NCBI GenBank assembly: GCA_900542425.1 | Contig: UQNQ01000007.1 | Location: 4,119-68,118 of the forward strand | From: an uncultured Eubacteriales bacterium | GTDB lineage: Bacteria > Bacillota > Clostridia > Oscillospirales > CAG-272 | Length of the DNA stretch: 64,000 nt | Reading direction: 5' to 3' | In this document: piece by piece, positions 1 through 8,235 of the stretch | Numbering within the stretch: position 1 is the first letter of the stretch | Layout: each line of letters starts with the position of its first letter | Program-made: the position numbers and the translations under genes | Notes under the pieces: model-generated | What the model was told of the DNA's origin: nothing | The model's database searches: none | The model's input: the letters and a program-made list of their open reading frames with translations, nothing else

Positions 1-199
1 GTGGAATTGCATTCTCCCAGTTGAGTCTTTCCCTTTCTTCGGATTCCCTAAGCATTTTTTCAATTTCATCCTGATTTGGAATCTCACTGTCTCCCTCAGT
101 ATTCATGATAATGGCAGAACTGACTCCGCCAATATAGTTTTTTCCTGCGGCAACAGAAAGAGATCCAGCTGCACTTTCGCTGAATACAACTTCTATCAT
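1..199 (-). CDS. Partial CDS (N-terminal 66 aa), DUF1835-like hypothetical protein
   Basis: ATG at 199..197 follows an AAAGGAGA SD. Translation is MIEVVFSESAAGSLSVAAGKNYIGG... and stays open to the window edge. The family call is from memory only. Confidence 0.45.
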   Translation of the reverse strand, partial: MIEVVFSESAAGSLSVAAGKNYIGGVSSAIIMNTEGDSEIPNQDEIEKMLRESEERERLNWENAIP

Positions 200-241
200 A
201 TTTTTCTCCTTTACCTCAGTCGGAAATAGCTTAATAAAGCA

Positions 242-700
242 TCAGACGGATAAGTTCTTTTGCAGATAAACCATATCCATCAGTTGCATACCGTCTTCAT
301 AGATGGGATGATCGTAATGATCTATAAAAAAGTTTTTAATCCTATGGGAACGGTGGAATCCACATGCTTCATAAAACAACACTGTAGACGGAACATCTCC
401 CGTCCCCACTTGTAAAATAGAATATTGTGTGCTGTAAGTCTTTTCTAAAAAGGTAATAAGCGCTTTTCCATATCCATGCCCCTGATGCTCTGGGTCCGTT
501 GCAATATTTTTGATTTCCAGTATACCGTCGCCTTCATCGGTGACGACGCATTCGCTTTTTATACCATCATCCTCCAGCACATACATAATACCTCTATCCA
601 GATAGCGGTCAATCATATTTTCCTGTTCATCCGCCAATAACAGCAGAGATAAGTATTGCTTTTTGTTGTTTTTTACTTCTCTGATTTCCACGGAATGCAC
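242..700 (-). CDS. GNAT family N-acetyltransferase
   Basis: 152-aa ORF with an acetyl-CoA binding signature (ATDPEHQGHGYGKALI) and a typical GNAT C-terminus (YEACGF). Confidence 0.85.
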   Translation of the reverse strand: MHSVEIREVKNNKKQYLSLLLLADEQENMIDRYLDRGIMYVLEDDGIKSECVVTDEGDGILEIKNIATDPEHQGHGYGKALITFLEKTYSTQYSILQVGTGDVPSTVLFYEACGFHRSHRIKNFFIDHYDHPIYEDGMQLMDMVYLQKNLSV

Positions 701-722
701 CTACACTCTTCTCTCAATCTTT

Positions 723-1520
723 TCACACTGGTCTCTTTTGAAACACGTCTACTACGTGGCTAGATACGCCCAGAAAGTCCTCTCGTTCACAGGTAGAGAA
801 ATGGTACTTCAAATATGTCTGGAACATTTCATCGTCCATAGCATCAATGGGCTCTCGTAATAGCAGCGCACATCCATCTGTAGCCACATAGTGAAGACGT
901 GTCACCGGGAATGCAGCCATTAGATGATCAATGTCCTCTTTGCGAACAAGTTCAAAGAGATCTTTGGGCTCAGATTTGGTTGCAAATGTGTCAGCATCTA
1001 TCAATCCGTCCCGAATATATTCCAGAACATTTATATTTCCTCGATGGAATCCCTCGTCAAGAAGACAGCCGTCTGAAATAACATAAGCAGCAAAAATAAT
1101 TCCGCCTGGTTTTGTAACTCGAATCGCCTCGCGTATTGCCTGATGTTTATCCTCTTCTCTGTAAAGATGGTATAGAGGACCCAATAGCAAAGTAATGTCA
1201 TACTGGTTGTCAGCAAATTCGGATAAATCCATAGCATTTCCCTGCCGAATGGTAATTGTTTCATTTGGCAGGGTGTTTTTTTGAAAGACCTCAATGTTGT
1301 GCTCTACCAGTTCCACAGAATCGACTACATAACCTTTTCGTGCCAAAGCATGTGAATACCGTCCTGTACCGGCGCCAATTTCAATGATTTTGCAGCCTGG
1401 TTTCAAATACCGTTCAATATAGCGCATAGTAGTCAAAAACTCCACGGTACCATGTTTTGGTACTAATCGGTTATCTTCATCATAGTGATTGTAAAAATCA
1501 ACAATATATGTTGTGTCCAT
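723..1520 (-). CDS. Class I SAM-dependent methyltransferase
   Basis: 265-aa ORF with SAM-binding motif I (IIEIGAGTGRYSHALARKG) and a post-I acidic residue (VDSVELV). Confidence 0.85.
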   Translation of the reverse strand: MDTTYIVDFYNHYDEDNRLVPKHGTVEFLTTMRYIERYLKPGCKIIEIGAGTGRYSHALARKGYVVDSVELVEHNIEVFQKNTLPNETITIRQGNAMDLSEFADNQYDITLLLGPLYHLYREEDKHQAIREAIRVTKPGGIIFAAYVISDGCLLDEGFHRGNINVLEYIRDGLIDADTFATKSEPKDLFELVRKEDIDHLMAAFPVTRLHYVATDGCALLLREPIDAMDDEMFQTYLKYHFSTCEREDFLGVSSHVVDVFQKRPV

Positions 1521-1631
1521 AGCTAAACCCTCTTCCTCTAAATCTGAAATAAACTGTGCCTGTTATTTTCTCAGATACATCCAAACAAGCAACTTAATTT
1601 ATGTTTTTGTTTTCCAAATTCATTCAAATAA

Positions 1632-2168
1632 TTACTCGGATCCATTCACTATCCATTCGCAAATTGGCTTTAAAGAATCAAAATCGACAAAGTTCACCTG
1701 TTGATTATATGAGTCAAGAAAGACTTTATCTTCTTCAGTCAGCTGCTTGGGATCCTTCTTTTTAGCGGTTTGATAAAGAAGGGACATCATTGTTCTGTGC
1801 AGCAAAGTAAGATTCCGATAGTTTATTCCACCTCGCAGGTGAAAAAATTTTGTCTTTATGTATTGATCATGAGCCAGCTGCGAACGAAGTGAATGGAGGA
1901 TCTTCTCAACATTAACAGGATCGTTTACATCCGCCAGGCCCACAGTGACAACCGTAAGATCTGCACTCTCCGGCAAATACTTCATGGTTGTTTTGAGACC
2001 TTTTACTCCGCCGGCATACAAGCCTCCGATGTAAATTACCGACTCCACGTCCAGCCTATTCTTAATCTTATCATAACTAATGCATTCAATGTCTGTGAGC
2101 TGTGACAGCTTTTGTGCGTATGACTTGGCTGTCCCATATTGTGAACCAAAAATAATAAATCGTTTCAA
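1632..2168 (-). CDS. Flavodoxin-domain protein
   Basis: 178-aa ORF. The N-terminus MKRFIIFGSQYGTAKSYAQKL is a flavodoxin-like FMN-loop pattern. Confidence 0.65.
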   Translation of the reverse strand: MKRFIIFGSQYGTAKSYAQKLSQLTDIECISYDKIKNRLDVESVIYIGGLYAGGVKGLKTTMKYLPESADLTVVTVGLADVNDPVNVEKILHSLRSQLAHDQYIKTKFFHLRGGINYRNLTLLHRTMMSLLYQTAKKKDPKQLTEEDKVFLDSYNQQVNFVDFDSLKPICEWIVNGSE

Positions 2169-2217
2169 TACATACCTCTCCGTTGTTTATATTCTGCAGA
2201 CTCGTTTTTTCAGGCAA

Positions 2218-2544
2218 TTAAAGGAGCTCTCTAAGTTTATCCAGAAATGCTTCTTCGCCAAATGTATTGATTTTAAAAAACAGAGCTTGACTTCCACCTG
2301 CTGTAATTGCAGAGAGATGAACAGCGTCGTCACCACATTGGAACAAGGTCACACTAAGGCTGACACGATTACTACCTAACCAGCTGTACCGTTCAAAAAC
2401 ACGCACACTGCAGCGCGCCCCATTGCTATAAAAATCGCTGGAATCTTCTAATGAAGCAGACATACTGCTGTTCACAATTCCTGATTCAATCCTATTAAGA
2501 ATTTGATTATAATCTCCCCGAATTGTCTGTTCTAATTTTGCCAT
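2218..2544 (-). CDS. Hypothetical protein (DUF6054-like)
   Basis: 108-aa ORF. Its ATG lies 1 nt after the TAG stop of the upstream nucleotidyltransferase gene. The motif ARCSVRVFERYS...FFKINTFGEEAFLDK matches a conserved uncharacterised family as I recall it. Confidence 0.5.
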   Translation of the reverse strand: MAKLEQTIRGDYNQILNRIESGIVNSSMSASLEDSSDFYSNGARCSVRVFERYSWLGSNRVSLSVTLFQCGDDAVHLSAITAGGSQALFFKINTFGEEAFLDKLRELL

Positions 2545-2545
2545 T

Positions 2546-3217
2546 CTATCTCACCTCACGTATCCATTTTGATGACCAGTTAAGTAGAAGGTCGGAGAAC
2601 TGGAGTGTCTCCTCAAACGAAAGTGAATTTTTCTCTTTCAGTTCTATACTGGTCCGCAATATATTCTGATCTTTTTCCTGCAGCAGCGGAAGAAGATCTG
2701 TCTTTTTCTTTTTGTAGCTGCCAGTTTGCAAAAAAGCAATGGCCTGCAGCGTAAAAACAGCTGACTTATAGAGCCCCTTTAAGATATCCGCGCTTCTCTC
2801 GTGAACCAAATTGTGGGCGCACATGTGGTAGACATTACAGGCACCAATCCGGATAGCGCGTTGGACATCCTCCTTATGTATGTTATTGATTAAATCCTGC
2901 AATGTACCCAGTATGGGAGTCGTATCGTAACAGAACTGAAACAAATCAGACGGCTCCCATGCAAGGATTTCTTGCTTTCCTGAAATAAAGCCGCATATTT
3001 TCTCTCGCTCTGGCAAGTGATCAAGGAGCATAGCATATGTCTCCAGATCGCTTGCGGATACAGTGTCCAAAATAATCACTACATCAATATCGCTCTGATC
3101 TCCAGCTTCTCCTCGACCATAGCTGCCCTGGAGTCCAAGAAACCAGATTCTGTCATGGAATTCATTCTGCATGACATTGATATATTGATCCATCCATTTA
3201 TCAATCGAAAAAACCAT
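2546..3217 (-). CDS. Nucleotidyltransferase-domain protein (KNTase/MNT-like)
   Basis: NTase motif GSYGRGEAGDQSDIDVVIILD followed by a helical C-terminal half. The start was moved to ATG 3217 (MVFSIDKW), which has a GAGGAGG SD. The longer track ORF overlaps the upstream gene. Confidence 0.75.
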   Translation of the reverse strand: MVFSIDKWMDQYINVMQNEFHDRIWFLGLQGSYGRGEAGDQSDIDVVIILDTVSASDLETYAMLLDHLPEREKICGFISGKQEILAWEPSDLFQFCYDTTPILGTLQDLINNIHKEDVQRAIRIGACNVYHMCAHNLVHERSADILKGLYKSAVFTLQAIAFLQTGSYKKKKTDLLPLLQEKDQNILRTSIELKEKNSLSFEETLQFSDLLLNWSSKWIREVR

Positions 3218-3227
3218 TTTTACCTCC

Positions 3228-3647
3228 TCAAAACCACATAGAGGCTTCATCCTGAAAGGTTGGAGTATCTCCGTCCTTATAAGGGTCATAGCGGTTGCAG
3301 TTGCACCCAAATTCTTTAAGAGATACAATTTTATCATCTACCGACCAGTGGATTAAAGACATTCCATCAAAAGCTTCTATCCGTCCATCGTCCATTTGGT
3401 TTTTGAAATACCATTCTACAACCGTTTGCTCATTTGTATGAATAAATTGCTTAATGTCCCATATAAGAACAGTTCCACGCTGATTCCATTCATCAAACCA
3501 GTGTTTTATTTTTTTTGAGCCATGATATTCCGGTCCCCAGCTTTCTATGTACACTGCATCAAAAGAAAACAAATCCATAATTCCATGGTCTGTTTTTTTC
3601 AGCCACATATCAAACCACATCCGAATCTTTTCTTCTCTGGTATTCAT
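3228..3647 (-). CDS. NTF2/SnoaL-like fold protein
   Basis: Start at MNTREEK (GGAGGA SD). Size and W/F-rich pattern are typical of SnoaL-like small proteins. Confidence 0.55.
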   Translation of the reverse strand: MNTREEKIRMWFDMWLKKTDHGIMDLFSFDAVYIESWGPEYHGSKKIKHWFDEWNQRGTVLIWDIKQFIHTNEQTVVEWYFKNQMDDGRIEAFDGMSLIHWSVDDKIVSLKEFGCNCNRYDPYKDGDTPTFQDEASMWF

Positions 3648-3687
3648 ATATATCCTCCAATCCCGATGCAGCAAACCTCTTCGTAAT

Positions 3688-4248
3688 TTACTTCATCTCA
3701 GATTTTTTGCTTCTTACTTTTTCCCATTCCTCCAAAGTAAGCCTGGTAAAATGTTCGGTTCGAATATCGCCCAGGGGAGATTGCTTTCCTGTTTCCGTAT
3801 GATGATATAGAAAACCGCATTTCTCCTGGACACGTTTTGATTTATCATTGCCGTCATAGTAACCACACCATACAGCGCTGCAATGAAGTTCATCGAAACA
3901 TCGTTCCTGAAGTCTGTGCACCGCTTCCGGAATCAATCCCTGACCCCAGTATGGTACGCCAATCCAGTAGCCAATTTCAGCTTCTTGTTCTTTCATCGGA
4001 GCGCTTCCTTTTGGGGCAAACATAATTCCCACACTGCCCACAGGTTTTCCGGTGTCTTTCAGAATAACTGCATAAGTTTCTGGTTCGGACAGAACCGTCC
4101 GGATAATTTCCAGGCTATTCTCGACGCTGGTGTGCGGCGGCCATCCAGCAATTGGCCCGATTCTGTCGTCCTGTGCGTAGCGATATAATTCTTCTGCATC
4201 CCGTTCTTCCCATGGACGCAAAATCAATCTTCTGGTTTCTAATTGCAT
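3688..4248 (-). CDS. GNAT N-acetyltransferase, RimJ/RimL-like
   Basis: The N-terminus [22 protein letters not shown] is the classic RimJ/L-type start. The ATG directly abuts the TAA of the upstream gene (TAAATG at 4251..4246). Confidence 0.85.
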   Translation of the reverse strand: MQLETRRLILRPWEERDAEELYRYAQDDRIGPIAGWPPHTSVENSLEIIRTVLSEPETYAVILKDTGKPVGSVGIMFAPKGSAPMKEQEAEIGYWIGVPYWGQGLIPEAVHRLQERCFDELHCSAVWCGYYDGNDKSKRVQEKCGFLYHHTETGKQSPLGDIRTEHFTRLTLEEWEKVRSKKSEMK

Positions 4249-4923
4249 TTAATCACCCACCTCATCTATTGTAACTTCCTCAAAACTATATTCCAACAAA
4301 TCCTCCACATTACATCCCAATACTCTGGATAAGGCAGAAAGCGTTTCCGCTGCTGCTCTGTTGATATCTTTGCTTCTATTTTCATATTGCTGGATCATTC
4401 TTAATGTGACTCCAGATTTTTCTGACAATAGTTTCTGCGATAACTGTCGGGATTTTCGGAGCGTCTGAAGTTTAGTTGGTAGCTTTTTCCTTCGTGCAAT
4501 TTCATTCATAGTATTGACGAACTTTAGTTCTGACGCTTCATGCAATGTGTAATACATTTTCCTGATTTCTCGCATTGTACAGATTTGAAGAATTTCTTTG
4601 AAAGAGAGTGCGGTATACCATTGATAAAATGCTATAATCCACCCGCACCAATACTCCGGGGAACAATCACGATCCTCCCTTGGGTCTGACATTTTGATGG
4701 AAACTCCCGCTTTACTCAATACTTCCCAAACCAATTCCGTTCCGGATTTTCCTGAAACAATTCCCGGAACCCCATTTTCAAACTGTGAGGCAATACCGCC
4801 GACAATAAACATTTCAAAAAAATCATCCATGTCCAAATAGCAGCTATTGACCGCATAATCCAGCATTTCTCCAAGATTTTGCATCGCGTCATCTAAATAT
4901 GTCTCACTGTAAGCGTGGATCAT
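4249..4923 (-). CDS. Two-domain protein: unknown N-terminal domain plus C-terminal XRE-type HTH
   Basis: HTH segment LSQKLLSEKSGVTLRMIQQYENRSKDINRAAAETLSALSRVLGCNVEDLL. The start overlaps the DUF3990 gene by 20 nt, and a GGAGGAGG SD lies inside that gene. Confidence 0.7.
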   Translation of the reverse strand: MIHAYSETYLDDAMQNLGEMLDYAVNSCYLDMDDFFEMFIVGGIASQFENGVPGIVSGKSGTELVWEVLSKAGVSIKMSDPREDRDCSPEYWCGWIIAFYQWYTALSFKEILQICTMREIRKMYYTLHEASELKFVNTMNEIARRKKLPTKLQTLRKSRQLSQKLLSEKSGVTLRMIQQYENRSKDINRAAAETLSALSRVLGCNVEDLLEYSFEEVTIDEVGD

Positions 4924-5575
4924 CCTTTTTTACCTCCTCCCGAAGTATGTCTCTCATATACAGTCCATTGATATCCTCTTTATCCAATTCGGCTCGAAAA
5001 GCAGCTCTTGCTTCCTCATCTCGGGATTTTCGTTTAGCATAATATTCTGTATTATCCACAACAGAATAAGATAAGAACCGAATCTCTTCAAATGCTTTTG
5101 GACTTTTTAGAACGATTTGTTCTCCAAGTTTTCCTAACTTCATAGCATATGACAACTGAGTTAGAGAGATTTCATTGTTAATAAAAGCTCGGGCAAACGA
5201 GAAGTAGGAATCGTCGGCTCGATATCCTATAATCACATCATATCCAGTAATATCAATTAGAAAATTGTCTTTCAACCACTGAAATCCCCTACGCATAACC
5301 GGAGTAGAAATCCGGAATCTTCTGTTTACCATCAGCAAAGCAAGCCAATGGAGAATCGAGTACTCTGACAGGTGTAGCACCTTCAGATGCGTTAAATCCA
5401 ACTCATATTCATTAACAAATCCATCAATATTTTTAGTGCAGGCCCATTCCTTGGCAAGTTCCAGATGTTCTGTGCAATAGAATCCGATTCCATAATCATT
5501 ATACGGCTTTCCTTTTCCGTAAACTGGCTGCTTAACAATTTCACTTGAACCGTGATATATAATTATCTTATCCAA
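4904..5575 (-). CDS. DUF3990-family protein with PARP/ART-like N-terminal motifs
   Basis: MDKIIIYHGSSEIVKQP...YGIGFYCTEHLELAKEWA. The HGS and GxGFY motifs resemble NAD-binding elements of H-Y-E ADP-ribosyltransferases. Family and clan assignment are from memory. Confidence 0.6.
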   Translation of the reverse strand: MDKIIIYHGSSEIVKQPVYGKGKPYNDYGIGFYCTEHLELAKEWACTKNIDGFVNEYELDLTHLKVLHLSEYSILHWLALLMVNRRFRISTPVMRRGFQWLKDNFLIDITGYDVIIGYRADDSYFSFARAFINNEISLTQLSYAMKLGKLGEQIVLKSPKAFEEIRFLSYSVVDNTEYYAKRKSRDEEARAAFRAELDKEDINGLYMRDILREEVKKDDPRLQ

Positions 5576-5676
5576 TTGCTCATCTCCTTAAACTCTATAG
5601 ATGATTTACAACTATATTATATCTCCACAGAGTTACAAAGTCAACAAATCTAAATAAGATGTGTCTCAAATTTATT

Positions 5677-5724
5677 AAAAAAAACAGACATACTTTTCCG
5701 AAGAGAAGTTGTCTGTATCTTTTT
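5677..5724 (-). terminator. Bidirectional-looking intrinsic terminator downstream of the SLOG gene
   Basis: Stem ACAGACA(5684-5690)/TGTCTGT(5710-5716) with an inner extension, flanked by an A-run (5677-5684) and a T-run (5720-5724). Confidence 0.55.
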
Positions 5725-5881
5725 AAATTAAGACAGGTTTATACGCAAAATATATGTAACATATCAATGCTTAACGGAATTCTGCACTTCTGCTTTTCAC
5801 TGCCTCTGTTTTTGAAGGTAGTGAATGATTACGCAATAGGTAAATGTTCGTTAATGACTGTCTTAATGCTCATATTACTGT

Positions 5882-6391
5882 TTATAAATTTGCCAAATTA
5901 TAGACTATCTTCTTTTTCCGCTTTGCGAGCTCCATATATTTAGCAGCTCCGCCAAAACTATGACGAACATATGAGATAACGTAATCCGACTGTTGAACCA
6001 TCCATTTGTTACGCCAATCTATTGCAAAACGCTTTGGAACTTTTTCCAGACCATCCGGATACAAAGTCTCTAACTTTTCATACGCGACATCAAATTCAGG
6101 TTTAATGCCCGGTATATAGGCTAATACGGTGTAACACTCTAAATTAGGATATTGTTTTTTCAAATCAATCAACACACTTTGAACCATTCGGTCAAAGTTG
6201 CCATTTGTCCCGACATAAAAAGTGTTAACACCTTTTTGTAGTATTAGATCTTCAATTACTTTCTGAATCTCTTTTTTTATATTTGTAGGACTGTCCGCAT
6301 GTCCGAAAAATGTGCAGACTTTTTCTCTTTTTTGCAATTCCACAGTTCTCGCTCCCCATTTTCCGATTCCAGCAAGAACATTTCTGATCAA
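5882..6391 (-). CDS. SLOG-superfamily protein, DUF1273/YpsA-like
   Basis: Core KVCTFFGH...FYVGTNGNFDRMV...SDYVISYV. The track start is TTG at 6391. A GTG at 6343 with a GGGGAG SD is an alternative start. Either start overlaps the upstream HTH ORF. Confidence 0.7.
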   Translation of the reverse strand: MIRNVLAGIGKWGARTVELQKREKVCTFFGHADSPTNIKKEIQKVIEDLILQKGVNTFYVGTNGNFDRMVQSVLIDLKKQYPNLECYTVLAYIPGIKPEFDVAYEKLETLYPDGLEKVPKRFAIDWRNKWMVQQSDYVISYVRHSFGGAAKYMELAKRKKKIVYNLANL

Positions 6392-6623
6392 GACTGATAT
6401 CCCTGTCTTTTTCCATATTCAACAGGCTATCTAATGTCACATTGAACAACTCCGCCATCCTCATAAGTGTCGTAATAGATGGTTCTGTTTTACCATTTTC
6501 ATAATAAGAATATGTAGAGCGATTTACATTAAGGAAATCTGCCACTTGCTGTTGCGTCATTTCACGATAATCTCTTAATAGCCTTAATCTTTGTCCAAAT
6601 GCTTGACGATCAAATTGAGGCAT
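6252..6623 (-). CDS. XRE-family HTH transcriptional regulator (the C-terminal third may be a frame artefact)
   Basis: HTH MTQQQVADFLNVNRSTYSYYENGKTEPSITTLMRMAELFNV. The last ~45 aa are Cys/Lys-rich and overlap the SLOG ORF in another frame. Confidence 0.7.
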   Translation of the reverse strand: MPQFDRQAFGQRLRLLRDYREMTQQQVADFLNVNRSTYSYYENGKTEPSITTLMRMAELFNVTLDSLLNMEKDRDISLDQKCSCWNRKMGSENCGIAKKRKSLHIFRTCGQSYKYKKRDSESN

Positions 6624-6695
6624 TCAGGTCCCGCCTTGTGAATTTTTCTTTGTTTAAAATACATACTATAAGCGTTAAAAACAAAGTAATAATAC

Positions 6696-6769
6696 TTATA
6701 GTCTATCACACGTTAAAGATAATATCAATAGTCTGTGTATTTGAGAAATGAATATTTATAGACTATTTA
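6696..6769. promoter_or_regulatory. Operator-like repeats and putative promoter in the divergent XRE/XRE intergenic region
   Basis: ATAGTCT at 6699-6705 and 6728-6734, with an inverted copy TATAGACTAT at 6757-6766. A possible + strand promoter TTGAGA(6741-6746)-17-TATTTA(6764-6769) overlaps the last repeat. Confidence 0.4.
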
Positions 6770-6789
6770 CATAGGAAGGAGGATGGTCT

Positions 6790-7125
6790 ATGGGAATCGC
6801 ACAGACTATTGGACAGCGAATTCGAAATTACCGATTGCAAAACAAACTTAGTCAAGAAGAATTGGCAGAGCGCGCTGGGTGTCATCACACCTATATTGGA
6901 CAAATAGAACGTGGAGAAAAGAATGCCAGCATAGAGAGTATCGATAAGATTGCATCTGCACTTGGAATTTCGCTTTCAAAACTGTTTGAATTTCTTGGCA
7001 GCGAAACACCGAAAGAGGATGACTATGCATACCAAGCTTATGAGCTTATTACGGCTCAATCCCCGGAAGAACAAAAGAAGCTTTATGAGATTCTTTATTC
7101 GATCAAAAAATACAAAAATATTTGA
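6790..7125 (+). CDS. XRE-family HTH transcriptional regulator
   Basis: LSQEELAERAGCHHTYIGQIERGEKNASIESIDKIASALGISL, with a GGAAGGAGG SD. Divergent from the 6623 HTH gene (cI/Cro-like layout). Confidence 0.85.
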   Translation: MGIAQTIGQRIRNYRLQNKLSQEELAERAGCHHTYIGQIERGEKNASIESIDKIASALGISLSKLFEFLGSETPKEDDYAYQAYELITAQSPEEQKKLYEILYSIKKYKNI

Positions 7126-7162
7126 AAACATTAGCCGATTATACTGTTTGAAGTATGGGCGG

Positions 7163-7609
7163 CTATTTTTTTGGAAGAATCAGTTTTGCTACAATATCAT
7201 CTTGATGTACAAAAGGATCATCCCAATATCTTGAATCAAAAGAATTCTGAGTATTGTCTCCCAACACATAATAGCAGTCATTTGGCACTATCAAAAATTC
7301 ACTTTCTCGGTCTGGCTTTTCATAACCCACCATATATTCAATGGCTTCTAAATCTACGATATCTCCGGGAACAGCTGCAATTCGTTTCACTAACAATTTT
7401 CCGTCGTGCTTAAAGATAACAATATCACCGTAATTTAAGGAAAAATAAATTCGATTTCCCAAAATAAAGCTATCTTTTGATAAGGTGGGTTCCATGGACG
7501 CAGTCGGAACATATCCGAAAAGAAAAACAAATCTCATTAGTAAGTAAATAATTACTGCTATAGCCAATGGAAAAATAAATGACTTCGCTTTTTTCAATAC
7601 TGTTTTCAT
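7163..7609 (-). CDS. Signal peptidase I (S26 family), ICE-encoded
   Basis: N-terminal TM segment, catalytic box PTASMEPTL, KRIAAVPGD, and YYVLGDNTQNSFDSRYW. Confidence 0.85.
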   Translation of the reverse strand: MKTVLKKAKSFIFPLAIAVIIYLLMRFVFLFGYVPTASMEPTLSKDSFILGNRIYFSLNYGDIVIFKHDGKLLVKRIAAVPGDIVDLEAIEYMVGYEKPDRESEFLIVPNDCYYVLGDNTQNSFDSRYWDDPFVHQDDIVAKLILPKK

Positions 7610-7628
7610 AAAAACTCCTTTCTAAACA

Positions 7629-7670
7629 GAAAAAAAGGGATGCTTTGAACAAAAGTCCAAAACATCCCTT
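7629..7670 (-). terminator. Intrinsic terminator between the sigma factor and signal peptidase genes
   Basis: Minus-strand RNA forms AAGGGAUG...CAUCCCUU followed by U7 (A-run 7629-7636 on the + strand). Confidence 0.55.
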
Positions 7671-7683
7671 CATCATTCTTACA

Positions 7684-8235
7684 TTAACCTATATCATATG
7701 TACCGGCAAGCCTCACGATTTCCGGCTGTGATTTCAAGTATTTTCTGGCACGAGACATCCATACACGTACCTTTCCAGGAGAGGTGTGAAGTGCCTCGCC
7801 AATTTCATAACTGTTGTAGCCGTCGGTAGACATTCTAAGTGCCTGAATGCCTTTTTGGATAATTTCAGTAGCGCTTGTTTCAGCGTTGCTGATGGCATTT
7901 TCGATTTCAAGACTCTCACTAAAAGATGAAAAATGTGCATCCTCCTGTGCTTCATAGTTATATGTTGACAGGAGGATCTCTCTGTCTCCCAAACGATTAG
8001 CGCGAATCAGCGCATCGGATATCTCATGCCAAATGAGTCGGTATGCATAAGTCGAAAAACATCCACCCTTATCTGTATAGGCTGCTTTACATAGTCCAAT
8101 ATAACCAATCTGCACAATATCATCATATGAATAGATACCCAGCTGGTTTGTACCATGAACTTTATCCTTGATCACCTTACCAACCAGTCGCATATTTTGC
8201 TCTACTTTTTTCTGTTGTTCCTGCGTGAGTTTCAT
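7684..8235 (-). CDS. Sigma-70 family RNA polymerase sigma factor, ICE-encoded
   Basis: Region-2-like DDIVQIGYIGLCKAAYTD...YAYRLIWHEI and a region-4 HTH YEIGEALHTSPGKVRVWMSRARKYL. Confidence 0.8.
   Translation of the reverse strand: MKLTQEQQKKVEQNMRLVGKVIKDKVHGTNQLGIYSYDDIVQIGYIGLCKAAYTDKGGCFSTYAYRLIWHEISDALIRANRLGDREILLSTYNYEAQEDAHFSSFSESLEIENAISNAETSATEIIQKGIQALRMSTDGYNSYEIGEALHTSPGKVRVWMSRARKYLKSQPEIVRLAGTYDIG

Noticed and set aside
3757-3765. GGTTCGAAT string resembling a tRNA T-loop
   Set aside because: It lies inside the GNAT coding sequence. No acceptor or anticodon stems can be built around it. No tRNA was found in the window.
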